The notes: generated from the letters alone by a model not told the origin. 64,000 bases of DNA from Granulosicoccaceae bacterium (GCA_033852095.1 JAWSVD010000110.1:6729-70728), one strand, 5' to 3'. Shown: positions 18,076-28,112, numbered from the stretch's first letter. A program made the numbers and translations.

Positions 18076-18282
18076 ACACGCTTGTCTGAGACGGCCGCTC
18101 GTTTCAGATGGTTTGGCTGGGTTCTACCGTGACAACTGAACCAATGTCGCGGAGAATCTCAATCACCTCGCGTTTATTGAAAATAAGCTGCCTGACAAAT
18201 CAGAATGCCAGGCACGGGCCCAAACACTGAGCGTCATCGCATTCGACGCTCAGCTTGAGCTCGGCACGCTCCCTGAGTGGAT

Positions 18283-19326
18283 TCAGCCGTCTTCTCGCGG
18301 CGTGTTTCCACGGATGAACGCCGAAATCTCCTGGCACGTCTGCAACAGGCCTCGGCTGTAAAAGCCGCGCCAGCCCTGCAGCCCGCCCGTGTGCAAGAGG
18401 TGCACACGCTCACCCTGCTGCGCCAATGTGCAGGCCACCTGGAATGCTTTGCAGCCGTAGACGGGGTCGAGCAGGACGCCCGTCTCTGCAAACAGTGTCT
18501 CGGCGCTGTGCAGCTCATCGGCGCTGGGCCGGGCGAATCCCCGGCCGCTGCCATCCACCACTCTACATGCCCTGTAATCGCGCTGCTCGAGTTGGCTCAA
18601 CTGCTCAAATAATTGGCGATCTTTGGCCACGAGCACGGCCACCACGCGGATACGCTTGTCGAGACCAGCCATCAGCCCACGCACGGTGGCTCCGGTCCCC
18701 ACGGGCACGACGAGCGTCTCATCCGCGGGTATGGAGACCTGCAGCGCGCGCGCCAAAGCGCGCAAGCCAAGCCTGCCGTAGCGGTCATTGCCGCCTTCGG
18801 GGATGAGCCATGCATCGGGGTATTTTTGCCGCCACAAGTCTTGGTAGTCTTTTTCATGGCGACGCAAATATTCATCTTTGCCAACCCGATGAATGATCAT
18901 GCCGTTATTCGAGAGATCCAGTAGCGTGGGGTTCGTCGGGTCTGCGTGCAAGCCACGCACAACACCTATGCTGCCCCACCCCATGGCCGAGGCGCAAGCA
19001 GCCAAGGCGTGCAGATGATTGGAATAGGCCCCGCCAAAACTCAGCAATTGATTTTTGCCGTGCCGCTGCGCAGCTTCGATATGCCCCAACAGCTTGTAAA
19101 CTTTGTTTCCAACGCCGCCCGGTGTGATCTGGTCCAGGCGGTGTATGGTCAGCCCCAGGCCGGCATGTCCGTGCACGGGGACAAATTGCCGAGGAGGCGC
19201 GAGTTCAAGTGCTGCGTGCAATCTAGCTTGTGCCGAAGTCATTTCTTTCTGCAAGCCGCCCATGATCAGAGCAAATAACCGGAACAGTTGATTTTCTTTG
19301 CCTCTATCAATGCCCCACAACCCCAA
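18283..19326 (-). CDS. PLP-dependent ACC deaminase/D-cysteine desulfhydrase family protein
   Basis: 'GGVGNKVYKLLGHIEAA' (GGNKxRKLE-like lysine motif) and 'GGAYSNHLHALAAC' (SNH motif) of the tryptophan-synthase-beta-like fold type II family. Confidence 0.7.
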   Translation of the reverse strand: MGLWGIDRGKENQLFRLFALIMGGLQKEMTSAQARLHAALELAPPRQFVPVHGHAGLGLTIHRLDQITPGGVGNKVYKLLGHIEAAQRHGKNQLLSFGGAYSNHLHALAACASAMGWGSIGVVRGLHADPTNPTLLDLSNNGMIIHRVGKDEYLRRHEKDYQDLWRQKYPDAWLIPEGGNDRYGRLGLRALARALQVSIPADETLVVPVGTGATVRGLMAGLDKRIRVVAVLVAKDRQLFEQLSQLEQRDYRACRVVDGSGRGFARPSADELHSAETLFAETGVLLDPVYGCKAFQVACTLAQQGERVHLLHTGGLQGWRGFYSRGLLQTCQEISAFIRGNTPREDG

Positions 19327-19360
19327 TCAACCCTATTTCCCGAGTGTTTTGTGGCTGCTT

Positions 19361-21301
19361 TTAGCCCGAATTCCCAGGTGCGTTTTGACCGAGCGAACGC
19401 CCACTATTTGATTTCAATGTCGGCGCATACAGCACTTGGACAATGACAACCATGGTGTAGAAATAGCCGACAAAACTCAAGCCCACCATGCGTGAGCCAA
19501 ACATATTGATAAAGGCTAAGCAGGCAACAACAGCAACCACACTCGCTCCGATCACCCGCTCGAAGGAGCACTCAGACAATCTGAGTACCCTGAGCCCCAT
19601 CCAAGCCGCATGGACCATGAAAGCCAAATACAGCAGCAACGCTGGCAGCCCCATCTGAGACGCGATGTAAAGATACATATTGTGCGGATCGGCCTCGTGC
19701 ACGGGCCGCGCCGTGTACTGAGCTTTGAGGTAGGGGAAGGCCTTAAAACCTTTGCCTGTCACGGGGTTCTCCAGCGTCATCCCGATCGCGGCTTCCCAGA
19801 GAATAAAGCGGTGTTCCGTGCTTTTATCCACGCGTTCAATCCGGGAATCTCTGGAGGTGTGGTTGATCCTGTCGAGCACCGCATTCGGCAAGACCTGAGG
19901 AAATATTGCCACCACCACAAGTGCGGCGATGCCCCAACCAAAAAAGAACAGCCTCCCGCGTAACCAGCCAATGATAAGCCCGCCTACGGCGAAGGCCACG
20001 TACGCGCCCCGCGAAAAGGTCGTGATCAAAACCTTCAAGACGATGATGAAATAAGGCGCCATCAGCCAGGACTTTATCTTCCCAAAGTTAAAGAGGAAGA
20101 GCGCGATAAAGGGAATGAAGGTGTAAGCCAAAAAACCACCGAAGTCATTGGGCTGTTCAAATACACCGCCCAAGCGTGATTTTTCTATGGAATTCAGACC
20201 ACGTTTTTCGAACATTTCCCGCACGCCATACAACACCACAATGGTGGTACCGAACATGACGTAAATCATGGCACGCTTTGCTTGGCCTCGTGTTTTCACC
20301 AGGCTATAGACTGCCAGGTAAAATCCGGCTTGGGATAACCAGCCCGTGTACTGATTGAGCTCGTGGCTCAGGGTATAACTGAGCGCCCCCGACGTACGCA
20401 AAAGTGTCAGCAGAGACGCGCTGCTCAGAATCCACCACAAGACCACGAGTTTGAAGCCGGGCTTGGCAACGAAGGCTGATTCACCTCGGTTTGCAGCAGT
20501 GCTCATGCCGGTAAACAGGCACAGTAAAATAAACACATTGGTGCCGTTCAGCAGCGGCGCGATAGACACCGCGTACAAATGCGCAAAGGGAATGTAGATA
20601 AGCATCAGCGCCAGCAGGATTTCAGGTTCTTTTTGCGCACGCACCATGGCCGCCCCACCGATGATGGCCGCCACACCGTAGAGCACGATTTTCGGCAACT
20701 GCACACCGATGATCACAATCAAGACGGCAAAAACAGCGGGCAGCAGCAAAAATTTGAACGTCGATATCACACGAGCCCACTCGATATCGTCCTCGCCTTG
20801 GGTAGCGGATTTCTCGCTACCTTTGGCAGAGAGCCCGCGGTGACTGAAGGGGCTCTGCGCGCCCATCGGCGCACTGTGTTGCTCTGCTGCAGGCGACAGA
20901 GCGGTCTGTGCCAAGGCTGTTTTTGCCGGCCCTAAACGGGCGCTACCACTTTGTGCGGGTCTGGCTTCAGCGGCTGCTTTAAACCCTGTGCTGCTGCGCC
21001 CTATTTTAGGCTGCAAGCCGCTGCTCGCTTGCGTTGAAAGCCCTTGGCGTGCTGGCTGCATCCCGCCACGCCGCTGAGTGTCGGCCGAGCTTTGATCGCC
21101 CGCGGGGCCAGCAGCGCCTGTCTCGCCATCAGCTGAAGGCGTGTTTACTGCAGGCAGGCTTAGCCCTGTGCGCGGCACTGGTGGCGTCGCTGGGGCTGAT
21201 TGCGGGCTACTAGCCCGCCCTATTTTAGGACGCAAGCCGTCGGTAGAGCGCATCGTATGCCCCGTTGCCAATGATCCGTTTAAGCGCTGTTTTTGCCACA
21301 C
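19361..21301 (-). CDS. O-antigen ligase/Wzy-like polysaccharide polymerase family membrane protein with long N-terminal low-complexity tail
   Basis: C-terminal ~450 aa polytopic with Wzy_C-like region; N-terminal ~170 aa Pro/Ala/Ser/Gln-rich with duplicated 'GL(R/Q)PKIGR(A/S)SS'. True start uncertain (track start overlaps the deacetylase gene by 77 nt; alternative ATGs at 21253, 21061). Confidence 0.65.
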   Translation of the reverse strand: MWQKQRLNGSLATGHTMRSTDGLRPKIGRASSPQSAPATPPVPRTGLSLPAVNTPSADGETGAAGPAGDQSSADTQRRGGMQPARQGLSTQASSGLQPKIGRSSTGFKAAAEARPAQSGSARLGPAKTALAQTALSPAAEQHSAPMGAQSPFSHRGLSAKGSEKSATQGEDDIEWARVISTFKFLLLPAVFAVLIVIIGVQLPKIVLYGVAAIIGGAAMVRAQKEPEILLALMLIYIPFAHLYAVSIAPLLNGTNVFILLCLFTGMSTAANRGESAFVAKPGFKLVVLWWILSSASLLTLLRTSGALSYTLSHELNQYTGWLSQAGFYLAVYSLVKTRGQAKRAMIYVMFGTTIVVLYGVREMFEKRGLNSIEKSRLGGVFEQPNDFGGFLAYTFIPFIALFLFNFGKIKSWLMAPYFIIVLKVLITTFSRGAYVAFAVGGLIIGWLRGRLFFFGWGIAALVVVAIFPQVLPNAVLDRINHTSRDSRIERVDKSTEHRFILWEAAIGMTLENPVTGKGFKAFPYLKAQYTARPVHEADPHNMYLYIASQMGLPALLLYLAFMVHAAWMGLRVLRLSECSFERVIGASVVAVVACLAFINMFGSRMVGLSFVGYFYTMVVIVQVLYAPTLKSNSGRSLGQNAPGNSG

Positions 21302-22013
21302 TCGACGCTCGAGTCCGGCGGTATTGCCGGGATTTGGGGTCCACCAAATTGAGCAGATCTTCGCTGCTGTGTTGCTGCCTCACGGGGATCCTCTGCACTA
21401 GATGGAATGGCGCCTGGGCGTCGAGTCGGTGTAGGCCAAAGGTTGAATCATGAACCCAGCGATATCCCAGCGATTTCGCGAGATCGAGCTCGCGCTGGCC
21501 GTATCGTCCGCCGGGAAATGACACCGCATCGATTTCCTGCCCAACGATCTCGCCCAACCACTGCTTGGGCTCGGCCAATTCGGCTCGAGACTCGTCCTCA
21601 CTGAGATCGGCCATAAAACGGTGGCTCAAACCGTGGGTGCCGAGATCCATGCCCTGCACAACCATCTGCCGTAAATCATGGTCGCTGCAATAGTCATCTC
21701 GCTGCCGGCAAAAATTGGCGGTGATGAAAAAAAGCCCGCTCAATCCACGCTCGGCCAACAGCGGAGCGACCTGCGTGGCATTGCTTCTGTGCCCGTCATC
21801 AAAGGTCAGTTGCACCGGTTTATCAACGCCTTCCAGCCCCTGTTCCACCTGGGACTGCGACACGACGGTGTAGCCCCCCAGCTGCAGCGCCTCTATGTGC
21901 TGTTCAAACTCATCAAGCGACACGGCGTAGGGCCGATCTGCAGCATCGATCGCCTCTAACTCATGTAAGTCAGCGTAGGTGGCGTGATACATCAATACAG
22001 TCAATTCATTCAT
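21225..22013 (-). CDS. polysaccharide deacetylase (NodB-homology) family protein
   Basis: 'VLMYHATYADL...LTFDDGHRSNATQVAPLLAERGLSGLFFI' matches NodB motif 1 and 2 region; probable start MNELTV. Confidence 0.8.
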   Translation of the reverse strand: MNELTVLMYHATYADLHELEAIDAADRPYAVSLDEFEQHIEALQLGGYTVVSQSQVEQGLEGVDKPVQLTFDDGHRSNATQVAPLLAERGLSGLFFITANFCRQRDDYCSDHDLRQMVVQGMDLGTHGLSHRFMADLSEDESRAELAEPKQWLGEIVGQEIDAVSFPGGRYGQRELDLAKSLGYRWVHDSTFGLHRLDAQAPFHLVQRIPVRQQHSSEDLLNLVDPKSRQYRRTRASSVAKTALKRIIGNGAYDALYRRLAS

Positions 22014-22015
22014 GA

Positions 22016-23143
22016 TCAGGACTTCCACCGCGCACTTAAATCACCTTGGTAATAACGGTAAGCGGCCAACCATGCAGCTAAATTTAGCTGCACGAAGGTC
22101 TGGGCGAAACTGGATAATTTATTCTGTCTGAGAAATTCAGAATACCCCGCGCCTATGGCCAGTGCGTAGAAGCACAGCTGCCCCATACACACCAGGGTCC
22201 ACCAGGCGCCACCGGCCAGCAGCGACGCAGGCAACAGCAACAACAGGCACCAAGGAACCACCAGTCGAAAGACCTTGTGCGAGAGGAATTGCCACCAAAT
22301 CGGATTTTTGGCAGGATTGAACAGCCAAGAGTGATGAGCGAAAGACTGGAAGTTCCCCGTGAGAGTTCGCAGCTTTCTTTTGAACTCGTCATGCAAACTC
22401 GATTGACTGCTGTCGAACACCTGAGCACTGGGCTCAAACACCACCCGCTTACCCGCCAGCAATACGTTCACGGGCGTATCAAAATCATCCAATATCGCGT
22501 CGTCGGGCAAGGGCTTGAACAGCGCTGTCCTGACCGCATACAGCGCACCGGTGGCTCCCGCTGTCGAAAACAGTCGGCTCTCCATCTCGCGCAGCGCTTT
22601 TTCATAACGCCAATACAGGCCCACATTAACCTGCTCCGGGTTCTCTTCATCGACGATCATCAGCTCACCGCTGACCGCACCGATCTGCGCATCGTCAAAA
22701 TGCGCCAGGAGCGACTTCAGGGCATTGTCACTGACACGCTGCCGTGCATCCATGAACACACAGTACGCCGTGTCTACTTGTTGCATCGCGGCGTTGATTG
22801 CCACGGGTTTGCCGCTGTTTTCTGTCAGCTCTATCACCCTGAGCCAGTCGTAGCCCTTGCTCTTGGCCAGCGCGGCTGTGTCATCTGCACTGCCGTCATC
22901 CACCAAAACAGCACACCATTTGTCCGCGGGGTAGTCGAGCGCGGCGAGGCTGCTGAGCTTGCCCTCGATGGTTTTCGCTTCATTGTACGCCGCGATGACA
23001 ATCGTCACCGCGGGCCAGCTGCCGCGCTGCAGATTGGGCACAGGGCTTTGCACGTGGCGCGCGCGCAACCACAGGTAGACCGGGAAACCGAAATAGGTGT
23101 AGACAACAAATCCAAGCGCAAACCAAGCGACCACCGCACTCAT
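22016..23143 (-). CDS. glycosyltransferase family 2
   Basis: 'VTIVIAAYNEAKTIEGKLSSL...VLVDDGSADDT' GT2 DxD region; probable internal ATG at 23143 (N-terminal TM helix) overlapping flippase stop as ATGA. Confidence 0.8.
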   Translation of the reverse strand: MSAVVAWFALGFVVYTYFGFPVYLWLRARHVQSPVPNLQRGSWPAVTIVIAAYNEAKTIEGKLSSLAALDYPADKWCAVLVDDGSADDTAALAKSKGYDWLRVIELTENSGKPVAINAAMQQVDTAYCVFMDARQRVSDNALKSLLAHFDDAQIGAVSGELMIVDEENPEQVNVGLYWRYEKALREMESRLFSTAGATGALYAVRTALFKPLPDDAILDDFDTPVNVLLAGKRVVFEPSAQVFDSSQSSLHDEFKRKLRTLTGNFQSFAHHSWLFNPAKNPIWWQFLSHKVFRLVVPWCLLLLLPASLLAGGAWWTLVCMGQLCFYALAIGAGYSEFLRQNKLSSFAQTFVQLNLAAWLAAYRYYQGDLSARWKS

Positions 23144-24642
23144 GAGGAAGTACCCCGCAATTTGAGTTGTACAGCTGATGCACCGTTGCTCAGAAGCTGA
23201 CGAAAATCGGCGGACAACACGGACAGACAAAACACATATAAGAACAAAGAAACACTGCCCTTCAACAGCAGCCCAAGCAGCGCGACTTGCAGTTCAATCA
23301 TGGAACTCAAGCCCCAAGCGATCACTCCACTCAGGACTGCTTTCGCCAGTGCCGGCCAATCACAAGAAATAGGCAACAGCGCGTATGCACTGCGGTACAA
23401 GCCGACTGAGCGGATCAGATAACAGACAAAGGTGGCAATAGCCGCCGCAACCAGGCCGTAAGTGGGCACCGTCAGTATGTTCAACACAATATTGATCACA
23501 AAGGCGATCAGCGTCCACGTCACTAACATGATGGGTTTTTTATAGATATACAGGCCCGCAGCGAAGAGGTGCGTGCCGCCCCCGACCAACAGAGCAGCCA
23601 CGACCCAGGGGACAATCGCTCCCCCAGCGGCGTAACGATCGCCCGCCAACAGCATCAGCAGCTCCGGCGCGACGGCGCAAAAAACAGCCATGATACCGAC
23701 ACCCGCGAGCACGTAACTGCGCAACGCACTGGTGACGAATGCCACTGTGGCAGCCTCACCCGAGCGTTCGTATAAGCGCACATAGTGCGGGATCATGGCT
23801 GCCTGCAGGGAGACGATCAATACCCACTCGAGGTACATGCTCATGTTGTATGCCGCAGCGTACAAGCCAAGCTTCTCAGCGCCCAGATAGGCTTCGATCA
23901 CGTATCGATCCCCCACCTCAAGCAACAGCCCGGCGATTTCCCCGGCCATGCTCGGCAAGCCAAAGACAATTAAGGGCCCGAGCGTCAGCATTTTCAGTTG
24001 CGGACGAATATCTTTTAGGAAGGGCCATGCGCTTTTGAGCAGTAACAAAAGCAAGGCCAGTTCCGAGACGATTGAGATGGAGACAATGTGGGCCGCGTCC
24101 AGACCAATGGTGAACAGGCAGGCGACAATGAGGGCGAGTCGCAACAACTTTTCAAACACGGAAGCAATGGCGTTCATGCCGCTGTTTTCATTGGCGCGCA
24201 ATAGATTTTGCGCGCCGCTGGAGAGCATCTTCACAGGCACCAACAAAGTGGCGACAAGGAATAAGCTAACCGCCTCGCTGCTGTCTGATATTCGGGGCAC
24301 CACAAACTGGCTGTAACCCAACCAGAGCAGCACACAGACAAGGGACATCAAACTCAGGCTGGTGGCGATTGTCGACAGCATGTTCTTCAGGTGCTTCGCA
24401 CCCCGCTCTTGCTCAGCGGCAAAGAAACGAATCATCGAATGCTGCAGACCGAGCTTTCCAACGGCGACGAACACCGTGGCGGTGGACATCACCAGGCCCA
24501 GCAGTCCGTAGTCGCCTACGCTCAAGGCACGTGTCAGTAAGGGAAAAGTCACCAGACCGAGCAGGGATGCGGCGAGTCCAGCGGAGGCGTAATTTCTGAA
24601 GTGCTTTACAACGGACACGTCAACGGGGCTCGGGTCTGACAT
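23140..24642 (-). CDS. Wzx-like polysaccharide biosynthesis (MOP superfamily flippase) protein
   Basis: 500 aa, 12-14 TM, N-terminal 'ASAGLAASLLGLVTFPLLTRALSVGDYGLLGLV' typical of polysacc_synt family. Confidence 0.75.
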   Translation of the reverse strand: MSDPSPVDVSVVKHFRNYASAGLAASLLGLVTFPLLTRALSVGDYGLLGLVMSTATVFVAVGKLGLQHSMIRFFAAEQERGAKHLKNMLSTIATSLSLMSLVCVLLWLGYSQFVVPRISDSSEAVSLFLVATLLVPVKMLSSGAQNLLRANENSGMNAIASVFEKLLRLALIVACLFTIGLDAAHIVSISIVSELALLLLLLKSAWPFLKDIRPQLKMLTLGPLIVFGLPSMAGEIAGLLLEVGDRYVIEAYLGAEKLGLYAAAYNMSMYLEWVLIVSLQAAMIPHYVRLYERSGEAATVAFVTSALRSYVLAGVGIMAVFCAVAPELLMLLAGDRYAAGGAIVPWVVAALLVGGGTHLFAAGLYIYKKPIMLVTWTLIAFVINIVLNILTVPTYGLVAAAIATFVCYLIRSVGLYRSAYALLPISCDWPALAKAVLSGVIAWGLSSMIELQVALLGLLLKGSVSLFLYVFCLSVLSADFRQLLSNGASAVQLKLRGTSS

Positions 24643-25786
24643 CGTTTGTCAGGGGACGGGCGTAGCTGCCCTCGTAGACACGCTCCAGGGTGTCCACCAC
24701 GTGATCGAGGGCGCACAGACTTTCTACGCGCGCCCTGGCCTGCAAGCCCACTTGCCTACACAGCGCTCGATCTTGCAACAGCGTGCACAGATGCTCGGCC
24801 AGTGCTTCCACGTCATCAACGTCGATCAAATACCCCGATTCCGCGTGTTCGACGAGGTCTTCATTGCCGCTGATACGGGTCAAGACCGGTGCCAGACCAC
24901 TGCACATGGCCTCCAACACAGAGTTGGACAAGCCCTCATAACGGGAGACCTGCACATACACATGAGCTTTGGCGAAAAAGGCGGGCACATCGGAGATTCG
25001 ACCACAAAACTCCACACAGTCAGCGATTCCCAGTGACTCGCACAAACCCTCCAACTCCTCTCGAATGCTGCCATCCCCCGCCAAGCGCAGCACAAATTTT
25101 GAGTTAGTTTGGTTTTTTACTTTTTTGATGGCATGCAACAACACAGGCAAGGCCTTAACCTGTGCCAAACGGCCACAATAAGCCAAGGTGCTAATCTCAT
25201 CATCAGTGCCGCCGTGCAGGCTCTCGCTGAGCTTGAAACGGCTAATGTCCAGACCATTGGCAAGTTCTATAACCTGTTGCTCCTGCACACCCGCAGCCAT
25301 AATTTGTGTGCGGCTGTAACTGCTCAGGGCTTGAAAGTAATCAAGCCGAGTCAAAAGCTTTTGCACCCAGCGCCTATAGAATGTGGGGCGACTGGCATCC
25401 AATACCCCGCCCTCAAACTCCGTTGCGCCTGATACTTTTGCCAACACAGGGCCGCCTAACCACGGCCGTAATACAGCCACAACCGCGGCCATTTTATGCA
25501 CCATATGAATATGATAAGCGTCGTAATTCCGGCCGCTTTTCAGCAGAAACCACGCGAAACTGATCATATAAAAAACGTTGGATAACTTGGGGACGTGGAA
25601 GTAGGCGATTCGCTGGACAGGCACCCCTTCGCAACTGTCCAGCAAGGGCAGATGATCCAAGAGATGGGGGACAACAATGGTGACCTCATGCCCGCGTTGC
25701 ATGAGGGTTCTAGCCAACAATGTCGCCTGAATTTCAGCCCCCCCTACACCGGGGAAATATCCATCGACCAAAAACAAAATACGCAT
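24620..25786 (-). CDS. glycosyltransferase family 4 (GT1 fold)
   Basis: 'MRILFLVDGYFPGVGGAEIQ' N-terminal and C-terminal 'E..G.....EAM..G.P' motif region. Confidence 0.8.
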   Translation of the reverse strand: MRILFLVDGYFPGVGGAEIQATLLARTLMQRGHEVTIVVPHLLDHLPLLDSCEGVPVQRIAYFHVPKLSNVFYMISFAWFLLKSGRNYDAYHIHMVHKMAAVVAVLRPWLGGPVLAKVSGATEFEGGVLDASRPTFYRRWVQKLLTRLDYFQALSSYSRTQIMAAGVQEQQVIELANGLDISRFKLSESLHGGTDDEISTLAYCGRLAQVKALPVLLHAIKKVKNQTNSKFVLRLAGDGSIREELEGLCESLGIADCVEFCGRISDVPAFFAKAHVYVQVSRYEGLSNSVLEAMCSGLAPVLTRISGNEDLVEHAESGYLIDVDDVEALAEHLCTLLQDRALCRQVGLQARARVESLCALDHVVDTLERVYEGSYARPLTNDVRPEPR

Positions 25787-25821
25787 TCAGGGACCCACAC
25801 CACAGCTATTGGCCAATCGAG

Positions 25822-27207
25822 TTATTTCAGCACGTTTTCAATTTGCTTGCGCTCGTACTTTTCACGCATGCGAGAGAGCTTAGTCTGCGGCTGCCAATAG
25901 ACGCTCAAAGATAACTCATTTTCTTCGATCAGTTCATTGATCTGAAGTGCCGGGGTGATACTGTCAGGTCGGTCGCTGTCGATCTCACTGAAGCCAGCTT
26001 CAAGCGCCGCCCCCCAAGTAGCGGTGATTAAATAGGAGACCCCAGCGCTGTAGCTCAGCTCATTGTCGAGACGCTGGACGTTGTCATAATCGACCTCGGC
26101 AATTGCGGAACGAAAGCTAAGCCCCCAGCGGGGACTGAGCGAATAGCCGAGCTCCAGGGACACGCGTTCAACGTCCCGGTCATCCTCACCAGAATCAATA
26201 AACTCCATACTGGTATTGCTGACTCGCAAGCCACCATTCCAGACATCACCACCACGATTCACGCCCAGCGCCACACGCTTTTCATAGAATGGCCCAGAAC
26301 CCGTGTCTATGCCCGCGTTCAAATTCGCCTGCAGATCGCGCAGCGTGCTCATGGTCTCGTCAGTAAAGGCTCTGGAACCTTCAAGAGACAGTGAGAGCTC
26401 CCGCGACATCTGCCGGCTCAAAGAAAATCGAAACAAACTCTCGTCTGTCTTCGTCACCGTGGTGGCACCGCCGTCAAGCGCTTCCTCTTCGCTGCGGCTC
26501 TCTCCGGCGTCAATGTTAAACAGGGTTTTACCCTGAATATAACTGTATCGCGCAAAGGTATTGACCAGATTAAATGTGTCGGCGCTCTCTTTGAAACTGA
26601 TGTCGGAATTTTCAAAGTGCAATCCCAAGGCGTGCTTTCGCGAAAAGCGATGGCTCCAATCAGTTTGCAGGGTCAGTTGGCGTGTCTGCTCGTCCTCGCC
26701 CTCCTCGTCCGCCAAGAGATAGAACAGATCAGCATTGAGCGTATCAACCGGTGATACACGCCAGTGCGTGGAAGGCCCGGTGACAAAATAATTTGCCAGG
26801 TAACGGTCTTCGGTATTTGACAGCGCAGCCAAGTCCTCGCCCTGCTGCAACACATAGTCTGCGAGCAACCACGAGATTTGACCTGGTCTTAAGTTGAAGA
26901 GTGCATACAGGCCACCGCGCATATCGGTGGCGGTGTCATCAATTTCGCTGTCCGAGGTGCTGTAACCCAGTGACAAGTCGAAATCCATGTCGAGCAATCG
27001 TGCGCGCGTCGAACCGCTCAAGCTGCCAACGATCTCCTGCCGCTTGCCGTCCTTCGGCTGGGCGTTAACATCCACCCGGTCCACGTTATCGGTAGTCTCG
27101 TGCCGCATGAGCAGCTCGGCACCGAAGTCTATTGCCTGTGCAGATCCGGCTGCAGCAAAAAGCAGCGGCGCGGCTAGCAATGGCAGGGCATTTCTAGAGA
27201 TCTTCAT
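25822..27207 (-). CDS. outer-membrane beta-barrel protein associated with EPS locus
   Basis: Signal peptide 'MKISRNALPLLAAPLLFAAAGSAQA', alternating amphipathic beta-strand pattern, terminal aromatic; position between kinase and GT genes as in EpsBEFG-type loci. Confidence 0.55.
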   Translation of the reverse strand: MKISRNALPLLAAPLLFAAAGSAQAIDFGAELLMRHETTDNVDRVDVNAQPKDGKRQEIVGSLSGSTRARLLDMDFDLSLGYSTSDSEIDDTATDMRGGLYALFNLRPGQISWLLADYVLQQGEDLAALSNTEDRYLANYFVTGPSTHWRVSPVDTLNADLFYLLADEEGEDEQTRQLTLQTDWSHRFSRKHALGLHFENSDISFKESADTFNLVNTFARYSYIQGKTLFNIDAGESRSEEEALDGGATTVTKTDESLFRFSLSRQMSRELSLSLEGSRAFTDETMSTLRDLQANLNAGIDTGSGPFYEKRVALGVNRGGDVWNGGLRVSNTSMEFIDSGEDDRDVERVSLELGYSLSPRWGLSFRSAIAEVDYDNVQRLDNELSYSAGVSYLITATWGAALEAGFSEIDSDRPDSITPALQINELIEENELSLSVYWQPQTKLSRMREKYERKQIENVLK

Positions 27208-27209
27208 GA

Positions 27210-28112
27210 TCAACAAAACTCTGGCAGTGGCTCATCGTTGAGCACCGTGCCGATCAGTTTATTCTGATCGACGTCGTGGCAAATGCTGGCGATTTGATTG
27301 GCGCTGACCTTGCCGTAGGGAACAACCAAAATAATATAATCGACTAAATTCGCGAGTATCTTGGCGTCCGCCGACGAGGCGATCGAAGGCGCATCCACGA
27401 TCACATAGCGGTCTCGGTAGCGCCGCGAGACTTCGTTGAAAAAGCTGTGCATGGTACGCGAGGAAAAGAATTCCGTTGCCGACTCCCGCTTGCCACCGAC
27501 AGGCACCATCCGCATCCGCGGGATTCCTGAGGGCCGAACAACAGAGTCGATACCAATTGTAGGGTTGGCCAAGAAGTCCGTGAGCCCCTTGCCATTATCG
27601 AGCTTGGCGAGTTGCAGTATTTTGTGCAGATAGGGGTCGCGAAGATTGCAATCGAGCAGCAGCGACGTCTTGCTGTCTTCAAAGGCGATGGAAGCGGCCA
27701 AATTCATGGCGACAAAACTCCCGCCCCCTCCCGGTGCAACAGATGTCACCATGACGGTGAAATTCTGATTGTTGCGCAAATTCATCAACCGTGTGCGCAA
27801 CTCACGAAAAGTGTCCACCAGTTTGCGGTTGTCGCTTTGCGGGTGGATGATTTTCAGGTAATCCAGCTGTGCTTTACTGAACAAGCGCGGGTCCTGCATC
27901 TGCACGATTGTCTGAGGCGAGCTCGCCGCTCGGCGCACAACGCCGCGCTTGGCAGCTTCCGCTCGAACAAGTTCACGCCCAGGGCCTATCGCCGCCTGCC
28001 TGACAACGCGAATACGCCGCTGATCATTCTTATTTTGCATAGATTGTCTCGAATCGAGCGCTTCAATTTTTAAGTTAGGATTCATGCCGTTCCTCCAGTA
28101 ATTCGAGCCCAT
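27210..28112 (-). CDS. BY-kinase-like P-loop ATPase (EpsG/Wzc C-terminal-domain homologue) with degenerate Walker A
   Basis: 'TVMVTSVAPGGGGSFVAMNLAASIA...LLLDCNLRDPYLH...GLTDFL...YRDRYVIVDAPS' aligns with BY-kinase catalytic domains, but the Walker A box reads GGGGS instead of GxGK[ST]. Confidence 0.65.
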   Translation of the reverse strand: MGSNYWRNGMNPNLKIEALDSRQSMQNKNDQRRIRVVRQAAIGPGRELVRAEAAKRGVVRRAASSPQTIVQMQDPRLFSKAQLDYLKIIHPQSDNRKLVDTFRELRTRLMNLRNNQNFTVMVTSVAPGGGGSFVAMNLAASIAFEDSKTSLLLDCNLRDPYLHKILQLAKLDNGKGLTDFLANPTIGIDSVVRPSGIPRMRMVPVGGKRESATEFFSSRTMHSFFNEVSRRYRDRYVIVDAPSIASSADAKILANLVDYIILVVPYGKVSANQIASICHDVDQNKLIGTVLNDEPLPEFC

